NCBI GenBank assembly: GCA_000004695.1
Contig: CM000154.2
Location: 2,496,001 to 2,560,000, forward strand
Reading direction: 5' to 3'
Length of the DNA: 64,000 nucleotides
Source of the DNA: Dictyostelium discoideum
Lineage: Eukaryota
The notes under the pieces are model-generated. The model searched no databases, was not told the origin of the DNA, and saw only the letters and a program-made list of their open reading frames with translations. Position 1 is the first letter of the stretch. Each line of letters starts with the position of its first letter. Shown piece after piece: positions 52,032 through 63,757 of the stretch. The position numbers and the translations under genes were made by a program.

Positions 52032-53019
52032 AGTAATTAAATTAAATTAAATTGAAATTTACAATAACATATTTTACTTACTCTTGCATGTGGTTTTGAA
52101 AATCTTGATTTTACATTTGTATCATATTCATAATAGGTGGCACTAGATGTAAAACCAACAATACTAAAAACTATAATTAGAATGATTGAAACAATTGCAA
52201 TTGATAAATTTGCACCCTTGAAACAATAAATATTGTCATTACTAAATGTTTTAAGAATACCACCTTGACTATAATCACAATCTAAACCAATTAAAAGTAA
52301 TGAAATGATTGGAATAAATAAAACTGCTACAGTAGTACTAACAAACCAACGTAGAGTTCTAATAATCCAAATATTTGCAATTTTTCCTCTATAAAATTGA
52401 TATGCAACATACCAAATATTGAAGAAACCTAATAATAATAAACCAATAACAATCCAAAAAAATATTGTAAATCCATTATATCCAACTAAATTTGATGGGT
52501 GACTTACTGGTGACATAATTCTTTTTAAATAACTATTAAATTTAAAATTAGAATTTTTTTTTTTTTTCATACTAATTTCAAATAAGATTATACTTACTAT
52601 CCGGCATCCCCACCCCATGGATATTGTTGTTTAAAACCAAAAGATGATAATTCTATTCCATTGATATAAAATTTTAAAAGAGTTAGATAATTTTATTTAA
52701 AGAATTTGTGAAAAAAAAAAAAAAAAAAAAAGTGAATAAAAAAAAAAAAAAAAAAAAAAAATTTAATACCTACGGCAAAATTCAATCAGCAAACTTATAA
52801 TAGTTAAAATCCGTGGGAATGTATTTCCTTTAATCATTGCATATAATACACCAAAAGATCCTTTTAAAAAAGTATGTGTTATTTTATTTTCAAACTATTT
52901 TTTTTATTTTCCTTTGAAAAGTTATAATTACCTTTTTCCATTGATTTTGAAAACCCCAAAATAAGACTCATAGAACTTCCTGATGATGAAGATTTGGTTG
53001 TACTTTTGTGAGAGCTCAT
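48506..53019 (-). CDS. Large polytopic membrane protein of ~1300-1370 aa with a two-fold internal architecture (TM bundle, TPR-like region, extracellular sensor-like module, then TM + L(A/R)LAP(K/D)D motif, twice). It may belong to the TmcB-like family. Model: complement(join(48506..51991,52082..52532,52770..52860,52932..53019)).
   Basis: The core exons are certain: ...SKPHAR|GTAAGT..TTTTTTAG|FDVYILFVKL..., phase 0. The 193-aa ORF continues the N-terminal TM region (MSPVSHPSNLVGYNGFTIFFWIVIG). Two further in-phase 5' exons are proposed: MSSHKSTTKSSSSGSSMSLILGFSKSMEK(G) with AAAG|GTAATT..TTAAAAG, then GSFGVLYAMIKGNTFPRILTIISLLIEFCR with AG|GTATTA..TTTAATAG. An alternative start is Met at 52516. 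The 'MGWGCRI' start of the ORF track is rejected. Confidence 0.5.
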
Positions 53020-54087
53020 TTTTATTTTACAAATAATTTTTTTAATAAATTAATATTAAAAAAAATAGAGAGAAAAAAAAAAAAAAAAAAAATTGTGTAT
53101 ACAAAAAAAAAAAAAAAAAAAAAAAAGTTGTAGTTTATATTTGTATTTATTTAAATTTTAAAAAAAAAAAATAATATTAATAAAACTTTTTGGTTTTTAT
53201 ATAAAAAAAAAAAAAAAAAGAAAGAAAAAAAAAAAAATATATAAAAATAAAAGTTTAATTCATTAATCAAAAGTCTGAAAATCAATTAATCAATGAAAGA
53301 TAAGTAAAAATATCTTTTAACTAATCAAGCTTTCTAAAAATATAAAAATATCGAAATTAAAAAAAAAAAAAAAATTTGTCACTGTGATATGAGCGAGTCG
53401 GTTGAAATAAAACTGTTGTAATTTACAAAAAAAAAAAAAAAATTTTAATCGAGAGGTTTTTCAGTTTGAAAAATTCGAGGAAGTAGTATCTAGATTAACC
53501 AAATTTTTGTTTTTTTTAATATTTTTTTTTTATTTTTTAAAAGTTAGATTAGTGGATTTTTTTTTTTAAAATTTTTTTTTTTTTTTTATTGTAAAACATT
53601 TTACTTTTTTGAAATGGTATTTTATTTTTAGAATTATTTAAAACGATAACCTTAAACTTTTTTTTTTTTTTATTAGAAAATAATATTTATGAAGTTTATT
53701 TAATTTATGTATAGAACGAAATTTAACTATTTTTTTTTAATAATGGATTTGTTTTTAATGGGTTAATCAATTAGCTTTTTATTTATTTTATTTTGTATAC
53801 AGCAATAAGTTTAATATTGAAACACATTTGGAGAGTATTAATCATTTGAGAGATCAAAATCTAAAAATTGAGCAAAAATAAAAGCTAATTTGGGTTTTTT
53901 AATAATTTATAAGATTTATTCTTTAGATAATTAATTAAATAAGATTCTTGAAATAATTAGGATCTTTAAAATTATTTGCATATCCAATGCCAAAACTGCT
54001 TTTTTGAAATAGCTTTTTCTTTTTCTTTTTTCGTAATCTCGTTATGTTTAGGCCAAAAAAATCATCAAAAATAACAATTGTTATATA

Positions 54088-54104
54088 GCGGAATCGAACC
54101 CACG
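54088..54104 (-). promoter_or_regulatory. External B-box (ex-B; a second Pol III B-box / TFIIIC site) about 30-45 bp downstream of the tRNA-Leu gene
   Basis: The minus strand reads cGTGGGTTCGATTCCGC, a copy of the T-arm B-box consensus GGTTCGANTCC just past the tRNA 3' end. It is not part of a foldable tRNA because the stems do not pair. It matches the ex-B element typical of Dictyostelium tRNA genes. Confidence 0.45.
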
Positions 54105-54131
54105 ATTATAGGTCTTTCCTTAAAAGAATCT

Positions 54132-54213
54132 TGTAAGCTAAGGGATTCGAACCCTTGTATCAATGATATTGCAGCCTTAATGCAACCCCTTAGACCAGCT
54201 CGGGCAAGCTTAC
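54132..54213 (-). tRNA. tRNA-Leu (anticodon AAG), 82 nt, no intron
   Basis: On the minus strand: GTAAGCT TG CCC-GAGCTGGTCTAA-GGG G TTGCA-TTAAGGC-TGCAA TATCATTGATAC AAGGG-TTCGAAT-CCCTT AGCTTAC A. The 7-bp acceptor stem pairs perfectly. The D-stem is 3 bp with a large loop, and the variable arm is long (a type II tRNA). U33 and G37 are present. The A-box (TGGTCTAAGG) and B-box (GGTTCGAATCC) are intact. Confidence 0.75.
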
Positions 54214-54794
54214 TTATTATGAAATTTTTTATTTTTTGGTGCATAGTGTTTTTGATTTCCATTTTTGGTTCCCAAATGATATTTCATTTTTTCACCAAGA
54301 GTTTTTTAATATTTTTCATAGAAAAAAGTTAGGTCAGGTTAATTTTAAATTTCTCAAATAAAAAATAATACCTTGGCAAGCTTACTTTAATATTTTCATT
54401 CAAAAATAGCTGTTTCCCTTTAAAATACAATTTCTTTTTTGACGAAATTTTTTGGAAAATTTAAAATTTAAAATTTAAAATTTAATTGGATTTTTTGATT
54501 AATTTAACATCTGATTCAAATTTCACAAGTTAAATAAATCTAAGTTAAAAATTTTTTCTTTGAGGTTAAATTTCAAGATAAAAATAAATAAAAAATTTAA
54601 AAAATTTAAAATATGTTATTTGACGACGTTGGTTTTTTTTTTTTAAATTTTTCATTTTTTTTTTAAATTTTTTTTTTTAATTTTTTCAAACTCCAAAACA
54701 ATTACAAAAAATCTTCAAAAAAAAAAGAATATAAAACTTAACAATAAAACAATATTAAATAAAATCAAATAACAACCTAAATAGAGTTTAATAA

Positions 54795-54926
54795 ATGGCC
54801 CAGTTCGATATAATATCATATATAATTGGTGTATTGGTTATGATATTTGGAGTAGTTTTACCATTATCATTTATGATTTACAAGAACAAGAAAGTATTTT
54901 CAAACATTAAAACATCAAAGCAATGA
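54795..54926 (+). CDS. Candidate micro-protein of 43 aa with one transmembrane helix
   Basis: The A-rich start context aataaATGg precedes MAQFDIISYIIGVLVMIFGVVLPLSFMIYKNKKVFSNIKTSKQ*. A hydrophobic 20-aa core is followed by basic KNKK. The ORF has mixed composition, unlike the poly-A/T junk ORFs. It could not be verified from sequence alone. Confidence 0.25.
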   Translation: MAQFDIISYIIGVLVMIFGVVLPLSFMIYKNKKVFSNIKTSKQ

Positions 54927-55578
54927 AAGAAAAACAAAAAGGAAAAAAGAAAAGAAAGAAAAAAAACTTTTAAATAATAATAATAATTAAACTATGAAGA
55001 GAGAATAAATGTACATAAAAAAAAAAAAAATATTTATAAGATTAATTTCTTATAAATCAAAATTGTATTTTCTAAATTAATAAATAAAAGTAAACAAAAT
55101 AAAAATTATACATAGACTCTTTTTTTTATTTTTTTTTTCTATTTTATATAATTTAATTTAATATTTATATTTTTTTAAAAGTTACTTTTAAAAGTGGTCT
55201 CTCTCTATTCAATAATTCCATTCGATCATATAATAATTATATGAAATTATTTTTAGAATTTGTTTGATTTTCTACATTAGGAATAATTCATATAACCCTT
55301 TATTATTCGTATAGAGTGTTTTAATAATAATCATAAAAGATAAATATAGATGTTTCAGAATTAGTAATTAGCCATTTTGGGTTTTTTAAATTAAAAAAAA
55401 AAAAAATAAAAAATAAAAAATAAAATAAAATATTAAACCGCATTTGAGCGCTTTTTTTATTTTTTTTTCTTTTTTATTTTTCATTTTTTTTTATTTTTTT
55501 TTATTTTTTTTTTTTTATTTTTCATTTTTATTTTAAATTATTTTTTTCATTTAAAAAAAAAAAGTATGCATCTATAAT

Positions 55579-56503
55579 ATGGAGAATGAAACAATCGTGG
55601 ACAACAGTTTAAATAATAAAAGCAATGTTAATAATAGCAATAATGATATAAATAATAGTAAAAGCAATAATAACAACACCAACACCAATTATAACAATAA
55701 TCATAATAATACCACCACCACAACAACAATAAACAAAACAGAAGAAAAACAAAACGATAGTCCAAAAGATAGCGAATTTGAATTTTTGGACGAATTAAAA
55801 GGTGTTGATGACCAACATCATGTATTTTCATCAGAGGATGAAAGTTATACAAATGGCAATAAAAAAAGAAAACAAACAGATACTCCATTATCACCCAATC
55901 AAGATTTAAAGAAAAGATCTATAACTTCACCAACAACCTCACCAACAACTTCAACATCAACCTCAACCTCAACCTCAACTTCAACATCAACTTCAACAAT
56001 TATAAATAATAATAATAATAATTTAAAAGATAAAACTAAAGAAGAGATTGAATTTATAAAACATATTAGATCACAATTGGTTAAACCAAAGTTTTTAAAG
56101 GATAAACCAAACTTTCCATTGAGATCAAGTGGAGGGAATTGGATATTTGTTGGAAAATTACCAAGTTTACAATCGACAACTACTGACAACACTACATTAA
56201 TGTCACCAAATAATGCCACCACAACTAATGGTAGTAGTAGCAATATTTCAACAACAACAACAACTACAACAACAACAACACCAACTACAAAGATCTTATA
56301 TAGAGTGAACGGATTTTTAAGCGATAATGAAACCATTGACTCGATCGAAATCAACTTTGGTGATCCAAGAGATAGATATGAAATTGAAAGATTACATTCT
56401 TCTAGAATTAATAATCCTTTTGAATTACCTTGTGTTTCTTTTAAAAATCCTTTATTTGTAAATATTATCATTATTATATATTATTATTTTTTTCCAATAT
56501 ATA

Positions 56504-56542
<39 letters not shown>

Positions 56543-56774
56543 AATATTAATATATTTATTCTTTTAAAAATTTAGATTAAATCAAATATAGCTAAAGATA
56601 TTGGAATTTCAAACGAATATGGAGGAATGAATGATTCATTTGAATTTAGTAATCAACCTCCACCACCTTCACCACCACCCCCACCACCTCCAACTTTACC
56701 ACCCCCACCACCTCCAACTTTACCACCACAACACTCACTAGAACAACAAAGTACGAAACAACAAATATTTACTC

Positions 56775-56872
<98 letters not shown>

Positions 56873-57650
56873 ATACCAAAAATAAACCAACAACATTACA
56901 GCACTCAACCATCTGTTTTGATTGATGATATATATGATCCAAGTAATCCAACAGAGCCAATTTCTCCTCATCAAGACCATTATCCAAATTTTATATTTTC
57001 CAAGTGTATGTTTATTTCATTGGATTTAAAAAAAAAAAAAAAACTATTTTTGACTAATCTTTATTATTATTATTATTTTAGTACAACGTTATGAACATTT
57101 ACCTACTAGAAATCCTATTTCACAATATGATTATAGAGATAGGCCTAGAGATTGGGAAAGAGATAGGGATAGAGATTGGGAAAGAGATAGAGATTGGGAA
57201 AGAGATAGAGATAGAGAAAGAGACAGAGATAGAGACAGAGATTGGGAAAGAGATAGAGATTGGGAAAGAGATAGAGATTGGGAAAGAGACAGAGATAGAG
57301 ACAGAGATTGGGAAAGAGACAGAGATAGAGATTGGGAAAGAGATAGAGACAGGGATTGGGAAAGAGATAGGGAAAGAGATAGGGATAGATATGATCGTCA
57401 AACAAACTTTTCACCAGCACCACAATCAACTACTACTTCTGCTTCTACCTCCAGCACCACTTCTAGTACTGATAAAAATAGTAATAATACAACATCTACT
57501 TCAGTTTCTGCAACAACATCAACAACTAAAAGGAAATCTAAATTTAGTGAACCAATTGAACCATCACCATTTGCAATTCAAATTCCAAGGGATAATATAA
57601 AAATAAATGGTAATCTCATAAACAATAGTAGTAGTAGTAGTAGTAGTGGC

Positions 57651-57738
<88 letters not shown>

Positions 57739-60233
57739 GCAACAACAATAATAATAATAGCGATGTAAAAGATATAAAAGATAAATTATTAAAACAGTTT
57801 AAAATCTATGACCCAGTTAATGTATATATGGATGAAAGTTATTGGTATATTGATTTTAGATCATCAGAATCAAGAGAGCGTGCAATACAAGTATTGAATG
57901 GATCATTTATAGATACTTGGAAATTAAATGTAGATAATAAAAAAACCAATACAATCAATGAGGAATTACAAAAACAAAAACAACTTGAAAACGACAGTAA
58001 CAATAACAAACCAAACAACTTTAATCTACTTGAAAATGAAAGATCATTAAAAGAGATTTGTAAATTATTAGTAGCAACAGAATTACTTTCTACCTCTTCA
58101 AAAGATATTTCAAAAAATTTTATTGAGGCTGAAATACTTAAAACAATTAAATTATTGGATTCTCAAAGAATTGATCCTTTAACTCAAAATAGTACAATTA
58201 TAAATAATACTACAAATACCACTACTTCAAATATTAATAATACTAGTAATAATACAACAGTAACACCAATAGTAACACCAAAATCAATAATATCAGCACC
58301 AACATCTAGAGATAGTCCTAGAGGAGGAAGATCATCATCAACAACAACAAAGAAACCATCGAAATTAGATTTGAATGGTAGTGGCGTACCACCAACCTTA
58401 AAGAAATTAGACACAATTAAACAACAGCAACAACCACAACCACCATTATCGCCATTAAAGAGACCACCTAAAAGTCATTTCTATAGTGATAGTGAAGATG
58501 ATGGAAATAATAATAATGATGACGATGACGATGATGACGATGACGAGGACGATGATTTCGATCAAGAATTATCACCACTTCACTCTTCAAGAGATAGTAA
58601 AAAGAATATAAAATCAATCATTAAAAAGAAACCAATCTATTCTGATGATGACGATGATCATTATCATCATCATAATCATCATCATAACCATCATCATCAT
58701 CATCATCATGATCGTAGTGAAGTTGAACTTTATAATGAAAGTGATTTACAAGTAGATGTTTTAGATAGTGATAATGAAAATCAAGATGAAAGTGATTATC
58801 ATAAATCATCAGATAACTTTGGTCATGTAGAGTTATCTGATGATGATAATGAATTTGATTCTTTAGATACTGATCAAGATTTATATGATACTGAAGAAAA
58901 TGATAATGGAAAGAAATCAAATAAAAGACCTAGAAAATCAAAATTCAATGGTAAATCAAAGAAACCTACCACCACCACTTCAACAACAACAACGGCAACT
59001 AAATCAAAAGGTAGATCAAAAAAAACTACTATTACCACACCAACTCATAATATACCAGTTCTCGATGAAATTCAAAGTAATTTAGATGATGAAGATGCTT
59101 CATATGTTAGTATGGTTATGGCTGCTGATAAAGATATTAAACTTTTATTTTCTACAAAATCTGAGGAAGGTTTTGAAGATTCTTCACAAGAAATATTATC
59201 AACACCAACTAGAACTAAACCATCAAGAAATAGAAAAGAAAGAAACTTACCTTTCTTGGATGAAGAAGATGATGAATCATTTAAACAATTACCACAACCA
59301 CAACAAAAACAAGAAAAACAAGAAAAACATGAACATAAACTTAAAAATAAAGAATTAAAACAAAAAAATAATGAAGTTATTATAAATAAAACAGAAGAAC
59401 ATTTTAGTGAAAATCTTAATGGTGATAATAATAATAATAATGATAAAAGTGAAAATGAAAATGAAAATGAAAATGAAAATAAAAATGAAAATGAAAATGA
59501 TAATAATAATTTAAATACAAGTATTGATAATATAAATGGAGTTGAAAGACGTAGTATTACAGGATGTGCACGTTCAGAAGGTTATACTAGAAGCGATATT
59601 CAAAAACTATTTAAGAGAAAACAAGTTGCACCAACTGGTAAAAGAGGTGCTGCATCAAGTGCTAGTAGTGGTAGTAATTCATCATCCTCCTCAACAGCAG
59701 AATCATTTGAAACTGGTGGTAATTTATCTAAATCAGCAAGATCATCAAGATTTGATAATAGAGGATTTGGTAGTGATCCAATTACATTGGCATCATTAAA
59801 ATCAAGAAGAAAGAGAATTAAATTTGAACGTTCAGATATTCATGATTGGGGTTTATTTGCAATGGAAACTATTAGTGCAAAGGATATGGTAATCGAATAT
59901 ATTGGTGAAGTGATTCGTCAAAAGGTTGCAGATGAAAGAGAGAAACGTTATGTTAAAAAAGGTATTGGTAGTAGTTATCTATTTAGAGTCGATGATGATA
60001 CAATCATCGATGCTACATTCAAGGGTAATCTAGCAAGATTCATCAATCATTGTTGTGACCCAAATTGTATTGCAAAAGTGCTCACTATTGGAAATCAAAA
60101 GAAAATTATCATTTACGCAAAACGTGACATTAACATTGGTGAAGAAATTACTTACGATTATAAATTCCCAATTGAGGATGTTAAAATTCCTTGTTTATGT
60201 AAATCTCCAAAATGTAGACAAACTTTAAATTAA
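55579..60233 (+). CDS. set1: Set1-type histone H3K4 methyltransferase (COMPASS catalytic subunit), 1486 aa, 3 exons: join(55579..56457,56576..57005,57082..60233).
   Basis: The C-terminus has N-SET and SET domains (...[38 protein letters not shown]...[36 protein letters not shown]...EEITYDYKF) and a post-SET ([13 protein letters not shown]). An RRM-like segment lies at ~57800. Donors are TTT|GTAAAT and AAGT|GTATGT. Acceptors are TTTAG and TTTTAG. I checked the exon 3 frame codon by codon from 57084 to 57828 and found no stop. The product contains (Q)32, (RDWERD)n and (N)30 tracts. Confidence 0.85.
56775..56871 (+). repeat. Perfect (CAA)32 trinucleotide repeat encoding a polyglutamine tract inside set1 exon 2
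   Basis: Read directly. Confidence 0.95.
57140..57410 (+). repeat. An 18-bp unit (agagatagagattgggaa and variants) repeated about 15 times. It encodes the hexapeptide repeat (RDRDWE)n in set1 exon 3.
   Basis: Read directly. The ORFs 57091.., 57120.. and 57145.. in other frames are translation artefacts of this repeat. Confidence 0.9.
57646..57738 (+). repeat. (AAT)n repeat of ~30 units encoding polyasparagine in set1
   Basis: Read directly. Confidence 0.95.
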
Positions 60234-60307
60234 AAATCATATTTTTATTATTTAAAACTAATTAACATGTTTATTTCATGAATATTAAAATTAAAATAAA
60301 AATATAC

Positions 60308-60368
<61 letters not shown>

Positions 60369-60390
60369 ATTATTATATCATTTCTTATAA

Positions 60391-61506
60391 TTAATTATCT
60401 TTATTTTTAGTTTGATCATTTTTAATTATTGATTTCAATTTACTAAATCCAAATTTTCTTGAAAATATAAAATCAATTAATCTAGTTGGAAGCCAACTTA
60501 AAAATACTAAACCAATTGATCCTGGACCATATTTCATATGATTTGGAATTCTATTTGAAAATATTTTTTTCATTCTATAAATATTAATTAATAATTTAAA
60601 AAAAAAAAAAATAAAAATAAAATTAGTTTAATATTTATTTTTATATATATATAATTATAAATATAAATTAAAATCATACATTGAATCAGTTAAACCTTGA
60701 ATTGGTGCTTGATTTTTTATTGATGTTAATGGACGATCTAATAACTCTTTATAAATTGGATGATATGGAGATTCTGGATTTGATATTATTTCTTTAAATT
60801 TTGGTAATGTTTTATTAACAATTTCACTCTTTAAAGGTCCAGGCATTACTAACATAACTTTAATTGAAAATGGTGATAATTCTACTCTTATACTATAGTA
60901 GAAAAATAATTAATAAATTATTTTAAATAATAATCATAATGATTATATTTTTTTCTGTTTTTTTTTTGTTTTTTTTTTTTTTTGTTTTTTTTTTTTGTTT
61001 TTTTTCTAAATGTGTATTACCTACCTTTCATTAAAAGAATGAAGAGCTGCTTTTGAAGCACAATAAAGGCCTGATATAGGCATTGGAATAAATCCTGCAA
61101 CACTACCAATATTTATTATTAAACCAGTTCTTTCTTTTATCATATGTTTTGCAACTTCTCTTGTTGTTCTAATAAGGCCTAGTGTATTTGTTTGGAATAC
61201 ATCTTCTAATTCTTCATCAGGCATATCAATCCATGTATTAAATGATGAAATACCTGCATTGTTTATTAAGATATCTATTTTTCCTTCATTTTTAATAATT
61301 TGATTAACTGCACTTTCAATTGATAATTTATCCTTCACATCAAGTCTAATTGTATTAATTCCCATTGACGATAATTCATTCATCGATTCTAAATTTCTTG
61401 AACTTGAATAAACTTTAAAACCATACTCGTAAAATGCCTTTGAAAGTGATTTTCCAATCCCATTTCCACCACATCCTGTTATTAAAACAACTTTATCGAC
61501 TATCAT
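60391..61506 (-). CDS. Short-chain dehydrogenase/reductase (classical SDR) with a hydrophobic C-terminal tail, 292 aa, 3 exons: complement(join(60391..60574,60680..60892,61025..61506)).
   Basis: The N-terminus has the Rossmann motif MIVDKVVLITGCGGNGIGKS. Other motifs are ...NNAGI... and ...YCASKAALHSFNE (catalytic YxxxK). Exon 2 encodes SIRVELSPFSIKVMLVMPGPLKSEI. Exon 3 encodes IMKKIFSNRIP...GLVFLSWLPTRL.... Junctions are AG|GTAGGT..TACTATAG and AT|GTATGA..TTTATAG, with phases 2+1. The 5' Met of the ORF track at 61557 falls in a poly-T tract, so the start was moved to 61506. Confidence 0.7.
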
Positions 61507-61591
61507 TTTTACAATAAAAAAACAAAAAACAAAAAAAAAAAAAAAAAAAGAAAACAAAAATGGGGTTTAATTAAAAAAAAAAAGAAATGAT

Positions 61592-61645
<54 letters not shown>

Positions 61646-61965
61646 TGATGTCAAATCTGAATATTTTTATCCCACATTTCATTTTTTTTATTTTTTTTTT
61701 AATTTAACCCCATTTTTTATTCTGCCCAATTTATCTTTTTTCCAAAAAAATAATAAAATTAATGAAAATAAGAAATTCATATAAAATAAGTCTGAATGTT
61801 TTATTCAATAAAAATAAAAAATAAAAAATAAAAATAAAAAATCGATTAATTCCTAATTTCAGGATTTATTTATAATTATTTTTTGTTTTTAGAAAAAAAA
61901 ATAAAAAAAGATAAATTTTAAATTATCTCTTTTTTTTATTTATTTATTTTATTTTATTTTATTAT

Positions 61966-62227
61966 TTATAAATTTGGATCAAATAACATCTCATCCTCTT
62001 TAGAATCGTGTTTTTCCAAGTTATTACATAAACATAGATTGTAAATATAATTGTCGATATCGCTTATATCTCTTTGTTGTTGATCATATTCATCCAAAGA
62101 GTTGACAAATAAATCTAAACGAAGAGAACTCTCTTTGTATTCATTAATCAATTGATCTCTATCGAGTTTTTCATCTTCTAAAGGAAATTTTGGTTTTTTA
62201 GGTTCACTATTATTATTTATATTGTTG

Positions 62228-62274
<47 letters not shown>

Positions 62275-63337
62275 GTTGTTATTATTATTATTATTATTGC
62301 TAATATTTTTATTGTTGTTTGAGCTATTTACATCACGACCTAACTGTGGACTACTAACCGAAAGTTTCATATTTTGTGCAGAGTTTAGTCTTCGATTTGA
62401 CATTAAATCGATTGGATTTTGTGGTTGTTGTTGAGATAAATAAATTGGTGTTTGTGGTCTTGATTGGGATTGTTGTTGATGGGTTGGTACCTGTTGTTGT
62501 TGCTGTTGTTGTTGTTGTTGTTGTTGTAATAGTTGTTGTTGGTGTAACTGTTGTTGTTGTAATTGTCTAAGTTGTTGTTGTTGTTGAAATGATGAGAAAT
62601 TTGGAACCAAAGGAGGTTGATTATGATGATTATCGTCAACCATAGAAGATAAAGATGAAATGCTTGTATTTGGAGGAGAAACAACCAAACGGCTACCATC
62701 ATCAGATGAAATGATATAACCTTCTGGTGTTGAAATGATCTTTGGCGTTTTTGGTCTATTTCCATGGCTAGATGAAGGAGGTGATTGGTATGGAGAATAA
62801 AATGGTTGCTGTTGAGATTGTGGTTGTTGTTGTTGTTGTTGGTGTTGGTGTTGAGATTGTTGTAAATTATTTTCATTAATGTCATCAATGAAAGAAGGTG
62901 TTTTAAGTCTACGATCATGATTAATTACGTGAGGTGGATCTCTTTCTCCATAAGATAAAGGTGAAGTCTTTGGTCTTTCAAGGCCAATATTACCACCATA
63001 GTTAAAATTTGTATTGTTGTTGTTACTATTACCACCGCCATTATTACTATTATTATTACTATTATGATGTAAATATGGAGAAGATAAAGGTGAAAGATTA
63101 TTTGGTGGTGAATAGACTGGACTTTGCATACCATAATGTAATAATTGTTGTTTTGTTGGCGAAATAGGATAACTATTTGGTATATCATTGGCGGAACCTA
63201 ATGAACTTCTTCTTGAACCAAGTGAATCCTCTTCACTTGCAATACTTCTTTGTCTTGCCCTAGTTGAAGGATAAATTCTCCATTTGCTACTTTCAGTATT
63301 ATCAGCACTATTACTTAAAGATGAACCAACGTAGTTT

Positions 63338-63414
<77 letters not shown>

Positions 63415-63726
63415 GTTGTTATTGTTGTTATTGTTGTTATTGTTGTTGTTGTTGTTATTGTTATTGTTATTGTTATTGTTATTGTTATTGTTATTGTTAT
63501 TGTTATTGTTATTGTTATTGTTGTTGTTGTTATTATTATTATAGTTATAGTTGTTGAAATTGTTTAGATTGTTGTTGTTACTGATATTGTTATTATTTAC
63601 ATTGTTGTTATTATTATTATTATTATGACCTATGTTATTGCTATTGTTATTGTTGTTATTAATATAAAAATTGGGATTGCCATTATTGTGATTATTATAT
63701 AATTGGTTGTTATTATTACTGTTATT

Positions 63727-63757
<31 letters not shown>

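Noticed and set aside
52516-52618. The ORF-track start MGWGCRIVSIILFEISMKKKK for the membrane-protein gene, and the internal GTAAGT motifs there (CGGATA|GTAAGT; CCA|GTAAGTCACCC)
   Set aside because: The ATG sits in an atypical GC-rich context (ccaccccATGG) and the frame runs through a poly-K encoded by an A-tract. The first GTAAGT does not give a frame-preserving join to any acceptor. The second would make a 22-bp intron, which is impossible. I preferred Met 52516 or the upstream in-phase exons.
54085-54110. A second tRNA gene suggested by GGAATCGAACCCACG immediately next to tRNA-Leu
   Set aside because: Only a T-arm or B-box-like 17-mer is present. The flanking sequence cannot form acceptor, D or anticodon stems, and it overlaps the spacing expected for the ex-B box. 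I called it a regulatory ex-B element instead.
61021-61557. The ORF-track 5' extension MFSFFFFFFVFCFFIVK of the SDR gene
   Set aside because: This upstream Met and poly-Phe stretch are encoded by a poly(A/T) tract. The conserved SDR N-terminus starts at MIVDKVVLITGCGG (61506).
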